Assembly (NCBI GenBank): GCA_973895155.1 | Contig: OZ316898.1 | Coordinates: 11,493,187-11,557,186 of the forward strand | DNA from: Marsupella aquatica | Taxonomy: Eukaryota; Plantae; Marchantiophyta | Direction of reading: 5' to 3' | Length of the DNA: 64,000 nucleotides | Part shown: piece after piece, positions 1 to 11,358 of the stretch | Position numbering within the stretch: position 1 is the stretch's first letter | Layout of the letters: every line of letters begins with the position of its first letter | The notes under the pieces: generated by a model | Database searches by the model: none | What the model saw: the letters and a program-made list of their open reading frames with translations, nothing else | Told to the model about the DNA's origin: nothing | Made by a program: the position numbers and the translations under genes

Positions 1-1439
1 AATCAAGTTATTAAATTGAACTCAGACTGTGTGGACGGAACATTCAAATTGGATGGACACCTGTCAAGGATGGACGGAATATGCCATTTGCATCAAGAAC
101 GTACTATTTCCGTAAGCGGATTATTACATTCCATAGGCCCATTATGACATTCCGTAAGTCAATTATGAAACTCAGTAAGGAATTATGTCATGTCAGACCG
201 GATATTATGGAAATAAACAAGTATGATGGAAACCTTCACCAGACGGTAAGCCAAACCCTAAGCCTCTGTTACGAGAGAGGATCAAGTATGAGCCGTTGAC
301 AATCATCTCTCATTGGTATCTCTCTCATCGAAAGAGAGAGGATCAAGTATGAGCCGTTACTTACGTTCTTTTAGAAGCAGTTATCTAACTAATTACATAT
401 TAAACAATTAAAAACACTCAAAATATAACTAATATGAGAAAAAAATACATCTTTTCCTTTGTATTATGGTGTTTTTAACGCTTAATACTTACGGCGTGGC
501 ACCCCATAATTTACACGAATATGAACACAAACATGAGAAGGACCTTTTAGTTTTCCAGAAACCCTGCTCTATCCTGTTTGTCACCATCCTCGCTGATGTG
601 GTGCATTCTCTTGGCAGCAAATTTGCAAGGAACCTTTAATGGGGGTCTATAACTAATGAAGACAAACTCCAAATAATCAGGACATCATTTACAGGTCAAA
701 ATTACAGCTACCTCCAGAAGAGGTTTTCTTTCAATTCTTTTCAGCCGTTCTGCCCAAATTCATTCCCAACTCTGCCTTTCCATCCAAGATTCACATTCAA
801 CCCGCCATCCTAGCTTAATTTTCTTGAAAAGTTAGTGCAAGCTGTTTTGTTTTTCTCTGTACGTTGGATTTCATTATACCCCTTAAGAGCTTTTGTTGGC
901 ACTCATTTTGTTCCCCTTTTAAATTGCTCCTCGTCCATATAGTTTTCTTTAGTTTTCTCCATACTGACAAAGTATGGGTACATAAGTCAACTCAACATTT
1001 GAAGGATCCTATCCAAACTTAGAAATCCCATCAGTGAAAGTAAAAGGTTCCAAAATTTTTGTGGTTATAAAAGTGGCACTTCAACAGTTTAAATTAACAC
1101 AAAACACGGTAAAACCCTGTAAAATGGACTTAAAACAAGCCAAGCTGGTATCCTTGTTACAATCAATGTGTAAAGAAGTAGTAAACAAGGCCCAACTTTA
1201 CAAACATGTTTAGAATATTCTTGTAGTTCCAGCTGGCAGCAAACTTTTCTACTATACTTTACAGGAAAATTTATTTTGACAAGGGGACGGGATCTCAAGC
1301 TTGCAGATATGTTTTGCTCAGGGCAAGGGATCTTAGGAATGTGGAGTAATTGGGGGGTAAAACCTGTTATATATGCCCCACTGGTAATGTAGAAATGAGG
1401 CAAACAGAAAGTCAATTCAACAATCAACCACAACATTTC

Positions 1440-1783
1440 TGTTGAGCATAGACGACATCCGTAATGGCAAGCCCATGAACCATCCAACGCACAAGAGTCG
1501 ACACAGAGAGATATGTGGTTCACATCGACATGAGGCTACGTCCACGGGAACACACAAGAGCTTTACTGCACTCTAGGCCGATCGGCCATACCAAGGATCC
1601 ACAGCACAAGCTCTCCCTATCTCTCAACTAGCTCCGTAACAATGAGCCTAAGTTCCACCAGGGTCTGGCATCAGCCCTGGCTATATACACAATAGCACTA
1701 CCGCTAACATTAGCTAAATCCTAACCCAAGTTAGCCTAACTGTAGTTAGCTCATGAGTCATAAGACTAGAGCAATATCTAACA
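1440..1783 (-). repeat. 3' LTR (344 bp)
   Basis: tgttgagcatag...gcaatatctaaca. About 12 substitutions versus 7979-8322 by manual alignment, mostly transitions. Confidence 0.95.
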
Positions 1784-1794
1784 AACTCCCCCTT
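1784..1794 (-). other. Polypurine tract
   Basis: Minus strand AAGGGGGAGTT immediately precedes the TGTTAG start of the 3' LTR. Confidence 0.9.
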
Positions 1795-1990
1795 GACTCT
1801 TGTCTTGGGGACTGGACTAAATGCTACCATATGGAATCCTCAGTGGGAAGTTCTAGACAATCACCAAACTAGGTCTCCCCCTAAAAACCACAAGGGTTAA
1901 CTAAGGGTTAACTAGAACTAAGCCGTAGCCTAACAGGAATGAGTAATCCATATACAAATAGTCACACATTGCTAAATAACTCTACTTGCA

Positions 1991-4900
1991 CTACAACTGC
2001 AAAACTTGCAAAGTAGCACGGTGTCTTGAGAAACTCTCCAAAGGAATCACTTTGGTAAAGGCATCAGCGGGATTGAGCTTTCCATCAGTCTTGACTAGCT
2101 CAAAAGTTTTATCAGACACTGCTTGCCTGATAAAATGGTACTTGATATCAATGTGCTTCACCCTGCTATCCATCACCTGGTTAGTAGCCAAGTGAAGAGC
2201 ACTCTGACTATCACAGTTTAGAGTCATTTTGCCATGCTCTAAACCCATCTCCGCGATCAACTTGTCCAACCAAATTGCTTCCTTTGCTGCTTCTGCTGTT
2301 GCAACATACTCTGCTTTTGTAGCAGACTGAGATATACACTTCTGCAAGGTAGATTTCCAACTGATACATCCTCCTCCAAAAGTGTATACAAACCCAGTTG
2401 TGGACCTCCTTGTATCCAGACAGCCTCCATAGTTAGAATCTACATAGCCAACTAACGTTCTATCTAATCTGTTATCAAATAGTAATCCATAGTCCTGTGT
2501 TCCCTTTAGATACCTGAGAATCCACTTCACAGCTTCCCAATGTACCTTCCTTGGATTTGACATGAATCTGCTAACCTTGTCCATCGCTAGGGCCAAGTCA
2601 GGCCTAGTACAAGTCATCAAATACATCAGACTGCCTACTGCCTTCTCATAAGGAATCTTAACCATCAGACCTTTCTCCACAGCATCCGTAGGAGAGAAAG
2701 CCAATGATAACTTGAAATGTGAAGCTAAAGGAATACTCACTGGCTTACAGTTCTCCATGTTGAATCGTGTAAGTACTTTCCTTGCATACTGGCCTTGACT
2801 CAAGCACAACTGTCCAGTATCAGAGTTCCTAAAAATCTCCATCCCTAAGATCCTCTTGGCCTTTCCAAGATCCTTCATCCTGAATTCAACACTCAATTTC
2901 ACCTTGAGACTGTCAACCTCAGATTGATCTTTAGCCACAATCAACATGTCATCCACATAGATAACCAGAATGATGAAACCAAACATATCATTCTTGACTG
3001 ATTTCGTATACACACAAGGATCATACACCATCCTTGTAAAACCTTGAGCAAACATGAAATCATCAAACCGCTTGTTCCACTGTCTGGGAGATTGCTTCAA
3101 TCCATACAAGGACTTGAGCAATCTGCAAACTAAGTTCTCTTGGCCCTTCTTCATAAAGCCTAGTGGTTGTCTCATGAAGATCAACTCTTCCAAGTTGCCA
3201 TAGAGAAAAGCAGTAACAACGTCCATCTGATCCATCACCAGACCAAAAAACACAACAAGCTGACACAAGATCTGAATTGTGGAATACTTAGCCACCGGTG
3301 AAAAGACCTCATTGTAATCCACTCCTTTCTCCTGAGTGAATCCCTTGGCAACAAGCCTTGCCTTGTAGATCTTGTCTCCACCCTTTGAAGGACTGTCCTT
3401 CAACTTATAAATCCACTTGCTGTCCACCACTTGCTGACCTCTTGGAAGCTCCACCAGCTCCCATGTCTTTCAAAGATTGCAACTCCCTCTGCATTGTTGC
3501 ATTCCACTCATGCTTCTGCTATGAAGCACAAGCCTCACTGTACGAAGAAGACTCTTCTTCTTCCAAGATTAAAGCCATGTCATCTTCATCAGGTGCAATA
3601 TCAATATCATCTAGCTTAGATGAGTCTGCCCATTGACCATACCTGGTAGGAGCTCTAGTAGAACGACTGAAAGTTCTTCTAGTAGATGATTGAGGCTGAT
3701 CTGCTACTGCTGCTGACTGAATTTGAGATACCCCAGCAACAATCTGCTCCTCTTGTTCCATCACAGGAACCAGCTCCAAACCTGGAGCTTCTCCATCTCT
3801 CCTGTCATGAACAACATCATGACTAATCTCCCCCTCAACCCGGTCCGGGATGGGAGATTTCCCCTTGTCAGTATGGGAGTCCTGAGAACTCTTCCCCTCC
3901 TTTGATGATCTGGATTCATTAAAGCACACATCTCTACTGACAATTAACTTACAGGTTACTGGATCCCATAACCTATAACCATTCACACCTTTCTGATAGC
4001 CAAGGAAAATGCACTTCTTTGACTTGGACTCCAGCTTGGATCGAAACTGGGAAGGTGTAAGTACATAAGCATCACATCCAAAAATCCTCAGATGTGAGTA
4101 ATCTGCTGGATGCCCGTACCTCATTTCAAATGACTAAATAAACTGTAGTGTTGACAGGATCAGCCCAAAACTCATGTGGTAAGCATGATTGACTCAACAT
4201 ACTCCTCGAGCGGTCCAATAGTGTTTGGTTGAGTCTCTCAGAAACACCATTCTGCTGAGGAGTATAACTTGTTGTGAGACGGCGGGTAATCCCTTGCTCC
4301 TTACAATACGTTCCAAATTCACTAGAACTATATTCACCGCCGTTATCCGATCGTAGATATCTCACCTTATTACCAGTCTGATTCTCAACTTGGGCTTTCC
4401 ACTCCTTAAAAGTGGCAAAAATATCATACTTACTGTGTAGAAAGTATATCCACACATACCTTGAGTAATTGTCAATGAACGTGACATAATATAACAGTCC
4501 AGAATGTAAGGGAGTAGGGGCTGGACCCCACACATCACTATGTACATACTCAAGTACCTCCTTGCTGGTGTGAGCTCCAACTCCGAAGGGTTTCCTGTGC
4601 TGCTTCCCAAGCACACAGTGCTCACAAAATTCCAACTTACAAGACTGCAAATTAGAAAGTAATCCTTTTTTCTGAAGAATAGCCAAACCTTTTTCACCCA
4701 TGTGGCCCAAACGGAAGTGCCACAACCGGGTCGTCTCCTCATGAGATAAGGTTACATTGGCTTCATCACAGACTACACTGCCCTCCAAAATATATAGATT
4801 GCTATGTCTCTTTCCCTTCAATACAACTTTAGTACCAGTTGAAATCTGAAGAACACCATTAGTAGAACTCCACTGATGGCCATTTGCTTCTAAAACTCCA

Positions 4901-6228
4901 AGTGAAATGAGATTTTTTATCATGCTGAGAATATATCTCACATTCCTCAACGTTCTCACAGCACCATCAAACATCTAAAATCTTATAGATCCAAGTCCAA
5001 CAACCTGACATGAGATTCCATTTCCCATCAACACTGACCCGTTGAAAACCGTGTAAGAAGTGAAAAAATCTCTCCTAGAGCAAATGTGAAAAGTACATGC
5101 ACTATCTAGAATCCAGTCATCACTACCTGGATTTGACACTATGTTCAGAGTATAACCTTGGCATCACAATATGTCATCATTATCGAGTAAATCTACCTCA
5201 TGCGAGCTCGATGCCGCATTAGCAAATGCAGTAGGGACCTTTACTCAACAATCCCTTTTCATATGGCCTGGCTTGCCACAATTCCAACATGCAAGAGGCT
5301 TCCTCTCTTGCGATTTCCCTCTGGATTTAGATCTCCCCCGTGATGTAGATCTAAACCTGTTCTGCCCATTTGTGCGCTGCGCTGCTCTCCCACGGTTCAC
5401 GTTCAGCGCAGTGCCAGAAGAAGATGTTGTCTTTGATTGACCCAACTTCTTATGAGCATCATCAGACAGTAAAGAGCTCACCACCTCATTATACAAAATG
5501 GACTTCAGATCTCTGTACAAGAGCACCTGTTTCAAGCCCTGATATGACGGCGGTAAGGAGCTTAGCAGAAGCAATGCCTTATCCTCATCTTCAATTCCTT
5601 TTCCCAGATTTGACAGATCTACCGCTAGACTGTCAAACTCACCCAGGTGATCCTGCATCTTGCACCCTTCCTTGAGCCTGAGGCTCATCAAGAGAGACTT
5701 CTTGTACAGCCGGTCTGACGCATCTTCCCGGTAGTACTTCTCTCTTAGAGCCTTGAACAGTAACGCGCAATCCACATAATCATCCAGCTGCTTGATGATG
5801 TGCGGCTTGAGATATAGCATCACTGCGTTGACAGCAATCACCTGCTCCTGTCTCCACTGTCTCACATAAATTTCCTCCTCTCCATCATACTGCTCTCGCA
5901 ATGAAAGCAGATGAGCTAAGCCCATGGCCTGAAGGACACCCTTCACTTGCTTCTTCCACAGCAAGTAATCAGTACGACCATCGTACTTCTCCACCTCAAC
6001 CTTCACTCCTCCAAATCTAGCCATCTCCCTTTTCTTCCCTACTACCGATAGCTCTGGTAGTAGAACGGCTTCCTCCACTGCACGCCGCACCGGTGATCGT
6101 ACCGGTGTTACAAGTTCCTCCTCAAACGGTAGTAGCCCTTCCTCAGACTCTCCGTCTGACCGTTGCAATCCTAAAGCTCCACCAACGCCAATTCTTCCAA
6201 TATCCTCCGAGTCACTCATATGAAACAA
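1991..6228 (-). pseudogene. Disrupted copia gag-pol polyprotein
   Basis: Motifs: gag EKYDG..YLLWK; zinc knuckle CWNCGKPGHMKRDC; protease WILDSACTFH; WHFRLGH/CEHC; integrase HSDVWGP, LRSDNGGEY, PQQNGVSERLNQT; RT YKARLVAKG, SLYGLKQSPRQW, YVDDML; RNaseH CDSQSA, KHIDIKYHF. In-frame stops at 5245, ~5164, ~4975 and 3519. Frameshifting deletions at ~4130 and ~3465. Confidence 0.95.
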
Positions 6229-7964
6229 TCATGAAAAAATATCTTTTTTTGAATCTTCTCATAAAACTCAAAACTCAACACCGCCGCGTGGCCCACGAAG
6301 CTAGGAGTCCAATACTGAAAGCCAAAATCAAAATCAATATTTGACGAAAAAGTTATTCAAATTTTGGTCGGGGTGGGTAAAACCTTGGGAAACTCCCCCG
6401 TTTTGACCACCTCGGAGAATAACCAAAATACCAAGTACAACCCATCGTCGGAATCGCGATGTGATTGGTACACCGCGTTGCTAACTCCAGTGGCAACATC
6501 CTCACCAAAAAAACACCAAAAAAGTTATCGTTCGGCAGACGGAATCTTTGTCGGACGGCCAAAAAATAGCTCTCTGTTTTTTTGGAATATTCCCGCACAG
6601 TACAACAGGTCTCACAGAGGGTCGTTCCCCTTGTCGGAGCGGTTAAAACGGAGGGCGGCACGTCCCGCACCATGAGGAAAAGCAAGAGGAAAGAAAAGAG
6701 CCTAAAAATATGCCCTAAAGGGGTTGAATGGCCCCTTAGCAAAAATACGCCCCAAAACGCGCATCCGCGTCGCGCGACGCGAGGCGGGCCAGTGGGTGTA
6801 CAGGGCGTACAGGCGGGAAAATACAAGGGCAAGGAGCATACCGGCGCCAGGCGGAGTCACGGACGCAGGGCCGGCCGGAGGGAGGGAGGGTGCACAAAGG
6901 GGCACAAAGGGGCACACGGCACAAAGGGGCACACGACTGCAGGGAGCACAAAGGGGCGGCCGAAGGTCGCAGGGCACGAGGCGTGGGTGGAGCCGCAGCG
7001 GAGCCGGCCTAAAGCGGTCGTATGGCCGGCAGGCTCAAGGGGGTGGGGCGAGGCGTTCGGCAGCACAACCGGGCGCAGGGGCGCAGAAGGCAGGGACGGT
7101 CGGGGCACGATAGGATGCGGCCGGTCGGCGCTGCATCAGGCGCCGTGCGCCTGAAAAGATGGTCACGGGGGAAAAGGTAGGTGGGGTAACGGGGGGGCGG
7201 GTACGAGGTGTATACACCTCGTATGAGCACTAAAAGGGGCCCAAATAACTCCCTTAAAGGCAAAAAAAGACACTAAATGAACAAATGTCGATTACTCACC
7301 TAATCAGCCGTTGTTTCTCATGAGAAAAGTGAACGCCGCCGATGGGAAATGTTGCCAAATTGCACCGGTACAGTCTGCAGCTCCAGCAAAGTAAAAACTT
7401 CCACCGCGGCGTCTTCACTCCGCGTCAAGTGCCAATCCCGTGCTCAAAATGACCGCCTCACCGTGATCAAACCGTTGAGCCAAAGCACTTCGCGTCTCTT
7501 CCACCGAGTCGGACGTCATGAAGAGAAACCCGGTTCAGATGTGAACAAGCTTCATATCTTGTGAAAAAAAAACCTAAACGCCTCCTTCACTCGTCACGTC
7601 GCACTTGGTAACAACTCGGCAGCAACTTAGCTACCGAAACGACCAGCTCGCTTCAACCTTCAACTTAAGCTATAATGTGCGATCCCTCCCGCACTGCACA
7701 GCTCACACCGTTGAAAAACGCGAACTCTGGTCTCTCCCCAAAAAATACCGTCGAACACGAATAAAACCTGAACGACGCAAACTTCAATTCCTCCGCACCA
7801 CGGATATCGATCAGCGAGTTCTAACCACCGTTAGGAAGCCCTGTCACTAACCTATCCGCACAGCCACACACATTCGAGTTTCATGGGAAGAAAATCCGAA
7901 TGTACCATCGACAATGAACGCTGGAAAAACCTGTCACGAAAAAACCTCGTCACCTCCCAGGCAT

Positions 7965-7976
7965 GCTTTGATACCA
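7965..7976 (-). other. Primer binding site (tRNA-iMet type)
   Basis: Minus strand TGGTATCAAAGC starts 2 nt after the 5' LTR; one mismatch to the canonical TGGTATCAGAGC. Confidence 0.9.
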
Positions 7977-7978
7977 CT

Positions 7979-8322
7979 TGTTGAGCATAGACAACATCCG
8001 TAATGGCAAGCCCATGAACCATCCAATGCACAAGAGTCGACACAGAGAGATACGTGGTTCACCTCCACATGAGGCTACGTCCACGGGAACACACAAGAGC
8101 TTTACTGCACTCCAGGCCGACCGGCCATACCAAGCATCCACAGCACAAGCTCTCCCTATCTCTCAACTAGCTCCGTAACAATGAGCCTAAGTTCCACCAG
8201 GGTCTGGCATCAGCCCTGGCTATATACACAATAGCACTATCGCTAACATTAGCTAAGTCCTAACCCAAGTTAGCCTAACTATAGTTAGCTCATGAGTCAC
8301 AAGACTAGAGCAATATCTAACA
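7979..8322 (-). repeat. 5' LTR (344 bp), shared with an upstream truncated copy
   Basis: Copy of 1440-1783 at offset 6539. Flanked by a PBS on one side and a PPT on the other. Confidence 0.95.
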
Positions 8323-8531
8323 AACTCCCCCTTGACTCTTGTCTTGGGGACTGGACTAAATGCTACCATATGGAATCCTCAGTGGGAAGTTCTAGACAAT
8401 CACCAAACTAGGTCTCCCCCTAAAAACCACAAGGGTTAACTAAGGGTTAACTAGAACTAAGCCGTAGCCTAACAGGAATGAGTAATCCATATATAAATAG
8501 TCACACATTGCTAAATAACTCTACTTGCACT
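8323..8531 (-). mobile_element. Remnant (PPT + 3' UTR) of a second tandem copia unit
   Basis: Matches 1784-1992 with one mismatch seen and breaks off inside the position of the pol stop codon. Confidence 0.9.
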
Positions 8532-11236
8532 TAGTGGACCTCCTGGAGAAATTTGTATTACCCCCATAGTAATACAAATTTGACAGAAGTAGAAAGTCCC
8601 AAAGGCAGTTACACATGGACAATCACATGGCAAGTGTAAAATGGAGGTTTCTCTAATGTATTTTAGTTTAGATATGTTCTTATCTTATCGTTGGACAATT
8701 TTACTTGTAGGGTTGGACAGCCCTACAGGTTAAAAATTGAAAAGGACCTTGAAAGTTTTCACATTCACTTATGATCACTATGAGTTTTATTTTAATTTTT
8801 GAAAAAGCAGATGCAGAGCCCTCGTCAATATCACACAAGGGGAAGAAGTCAGCCAAGCAAGAAGCAACCTGCCACTACTTCTCCCGGAGCCACCTCACAA
8901 ACCACAGGACTAGTCTATTCAGGCCAATATGAATAGCAATGAGTTGGGTACTTCAACTCTTGACTACTTTGGAAATGTTCAAGAACTGGCCGGTCAAGTT
9001 TTCATCGGTTGGAAGATGTTTGTGTTCAATGCAACAAAGAAATTTCACATATTTTTAGGGTGGCTTATAAAAGATTTCAAATACATCACGTTTCTGTCCC
9101 TACCGAAAGATTTGTGCCAACAATGACATGTTGCTTTCTTGTTGTGACACGAATAAAAGTGAGACGACAAAAATGACACTTTGTTCGACAGATCCAAAGT
9201 TCTAAAATGCAAATTTGGAATTTTCTGCTGTGAAAATTATGTTTAATTCCATAAAGTGAATAGAGCATGCAGAATCCCTGAAGGCAAGTGTACTACTTTA
9301 ATAAGGGCACATGTGCTATAATATATCCACTCCCAGGGTTTTTTAATTTCAATTACCCTGTCCCGTGGTATGTATACTGTCCGACTAGCCAGCAAAATAT
9401 ACGGTTTCGTTTCAAGATATATCACAAAAAAATCTAGATGTTTTGTTTGTCAAATGTATGTCAGGCTTTGTTTGGTCAGTTTTCAACTTTGGGGGTCTAT
9501 TGGACCATAGAGTTTATCCGCAGGACTTTTTAAGGATTTTTGTCCTCCTAAATCATAAGATTATTTATGGACCCCCATTAGGGGTTCTTTCCAAAATTTC
9601 AGGCTCCACAAGGCACCACATCATCATGGCATGCTGCAAACAGGAAGAGATTTTTTTCTGGATAAAATTTACTTCTACATTAGTGTTTGTGGCAACTTTG
9701 ATATAAAACCTGGGACACCATGCCATCACCATGCATTGACACTATGCCTTGTCACCATTAGGTAAGAATTGAGTAAGTAATTTGAAAATATATATTTTAC
9801 CTGTGATTTCATAATCTCTAATGTGAATAGAAATTTTTGTTGTACAACCCCTAAAATGTTGATCCCTTCCATGAGAATGAACCTAAAATCGACAGATTCT
9901 ATCGAATACTGAGGAGATTGTGAGTTTTAGAATTTATTTAGCTTTTTAATGAATTTAACATTGATATATTTAGTTGAGTTCTGAGGAAATTATAAGTTTA
10001 GAATGTTCTCTAGCTTTCCAATGAGTGTGATATTGGCAGATTTTATCAAGTACTACAGTGGTCATGAGTTTCTAAATTTCTCAAGCTTTCAATCGATTTT
10101 GAATTCTACAATTGGAGATTTGTTTCCAAGAAACTTTTTGTCTTAAACAATTCAAAGTTAGTGATTTGATGACACCGATGACTCCTCTCTCTTCGTCTAT
10201 CTGCATGTAGGAATTGAAAGTGATTATTTTTGATGCAATGTTAGTGCATCCAACATTCCTTCAGTACCGTGGAGGAAACCGTCGAGCACTATTTTGCTAA
10301 AGTGGGCAATTAAAATACCCATACATCAAACAGTACTTTACATTGCAACTAGTTTTGTGATTGATGTTAATTATGGTTGCCTTGGTAAGTTTGGCAACTG
10401 TTTCAAGTGTCAAACATTGACTTGTCCATTTTTGAATTTTTTTCTTTAGATTTGGAGGTCCATCTAGGCTTCACTTTCTAGATAGTTGCCTCTAAAATAA
10501 CATGGGGGTCCATGTATTAATTGATAAGGGAAAAACTACTTTCTAAAATAGGAGATAAAATCTATGCAACTCAAAACTAAAAGCACAATTGAGAATCTGG
10601 ATGTTGACTAGCATGTTGCTTTCATGGATCTCAGTTGGGCCAATTTTACTTTATTTTTGTTAATTGTTCCATGAAGAAGTGTTCTCGTTGGATACCTGTT
10701 CACCACTCTTTGAGCAAAACGCCACATGAGTAGTGCGTCATTGGGTCAGTCGGAACTGCACAACCGTACACGTAATTCCGAAATTTTGCGCTGAATCGGA
10801 AGATGATGCAGCGTATACGGTGAAGGCGGGGTTTTTAAAGTTGATGGATGGGGAACAAGGTCCGGATGCAGCCGGATGCAGGATACTAGCACCTACTATT
10901 ATAAAAGGAAGTAACTAATGAGGGCTAAAAATTGACCACTCACTCCGTAGCCCCGTTAACCCCGCGCTTACCATAATACCGAGGTGAATATCCCATATGG
11001 AATTTCTGTATACTCGCTCCCCAGTGGTCTTTCCTCGCCGACGCTTCGTCTGTATTTCCGCCCCGCGGCAATGGAGGACTTGGTGGATTTGTCCAATAGT
11101 TGTAATGCTCCCAAAAAAGCATACTTGGAGTTACTTGCCCAGCCTGCCGTAAGAATTCCATACACTCCGAGTGAAGATTGTGGAGTAGGGGGGGGGGGTA
11201 GCGTGCGGGGCTGGACCTTCCTATACATTATATGTT

Positions 11237-11358
11237 ACTAGCCATAGGAAGGGGGGAAGTGTCCAAGACTTCTCCCCTTTTCATATTCCCTCTCATTCCT
11301 CTCCTCTACCATACCATTTTTGCTCCACAATTTCAGGAAAAAAATATTATTAATGGCA
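11237..11358. repeat. Dispersed repeat, copy 1 (copy 2 at ~53240-53359)
   Basis: actagccata...ggggaagtgtccaagac...cacaatttcaggaaaaaa...ttaatgg is shared between the two loci. Confidence 0.7.

Larger units (their letters stand above)
1440..8322 (-). mobile_element. Ty1/copia LTR retrotransposon, full length but inactivated
   Basis: Two 344-bp direct repeats with TGTT...AACA ends (1440-1783, 7979-8322). PBS next to the right LTR and PPT next to the left LTR. Internal domain order gag(CCHC)-protease-GAG-pre-IN-integrase-RT-RNaseH is the copia order. No TSD is visible because the right side continues into a second copy. Confidence 0.97.

Noticed and set aside
100-360. ~21-bp degenerate repeats and a 25-bp duplication at the window start
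   Set aside because: Probably subterminal repeats of a TE extending outside the window; cannot be classified from this sequence.
1440-1992. A 551-553-bp LTR covering the whole duplicated block
   Set aside because: A canonical PPT and the TGTT/AACA terminal inverted repeat fix the boundary at 1783/8322. The longer version has no PPT or TSD, and the solo LTR ends at the same ctaaca.
3519-5247. Stop-codon readthrough or U-to-C editing rescuing the copia ORF
   Set aside because: The element also has two frameshifting deletions, and U-to-C editing is organellar. Mutational decay is the simpler explanation.
6582-7154. 190-aa antisense Gly/Arg-rich ORF as an extra retrotransposon gene
   Set aside because: It starts at TTG, and several frames on both strands are open here because of high GC. 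No motif is recognisable.
10890-11240. Non-autonomous Helitron (ctactattataaaa start, ctag end)
   Set aside because: No clear 5' TC terminus or subterminal hairpin could be verified.
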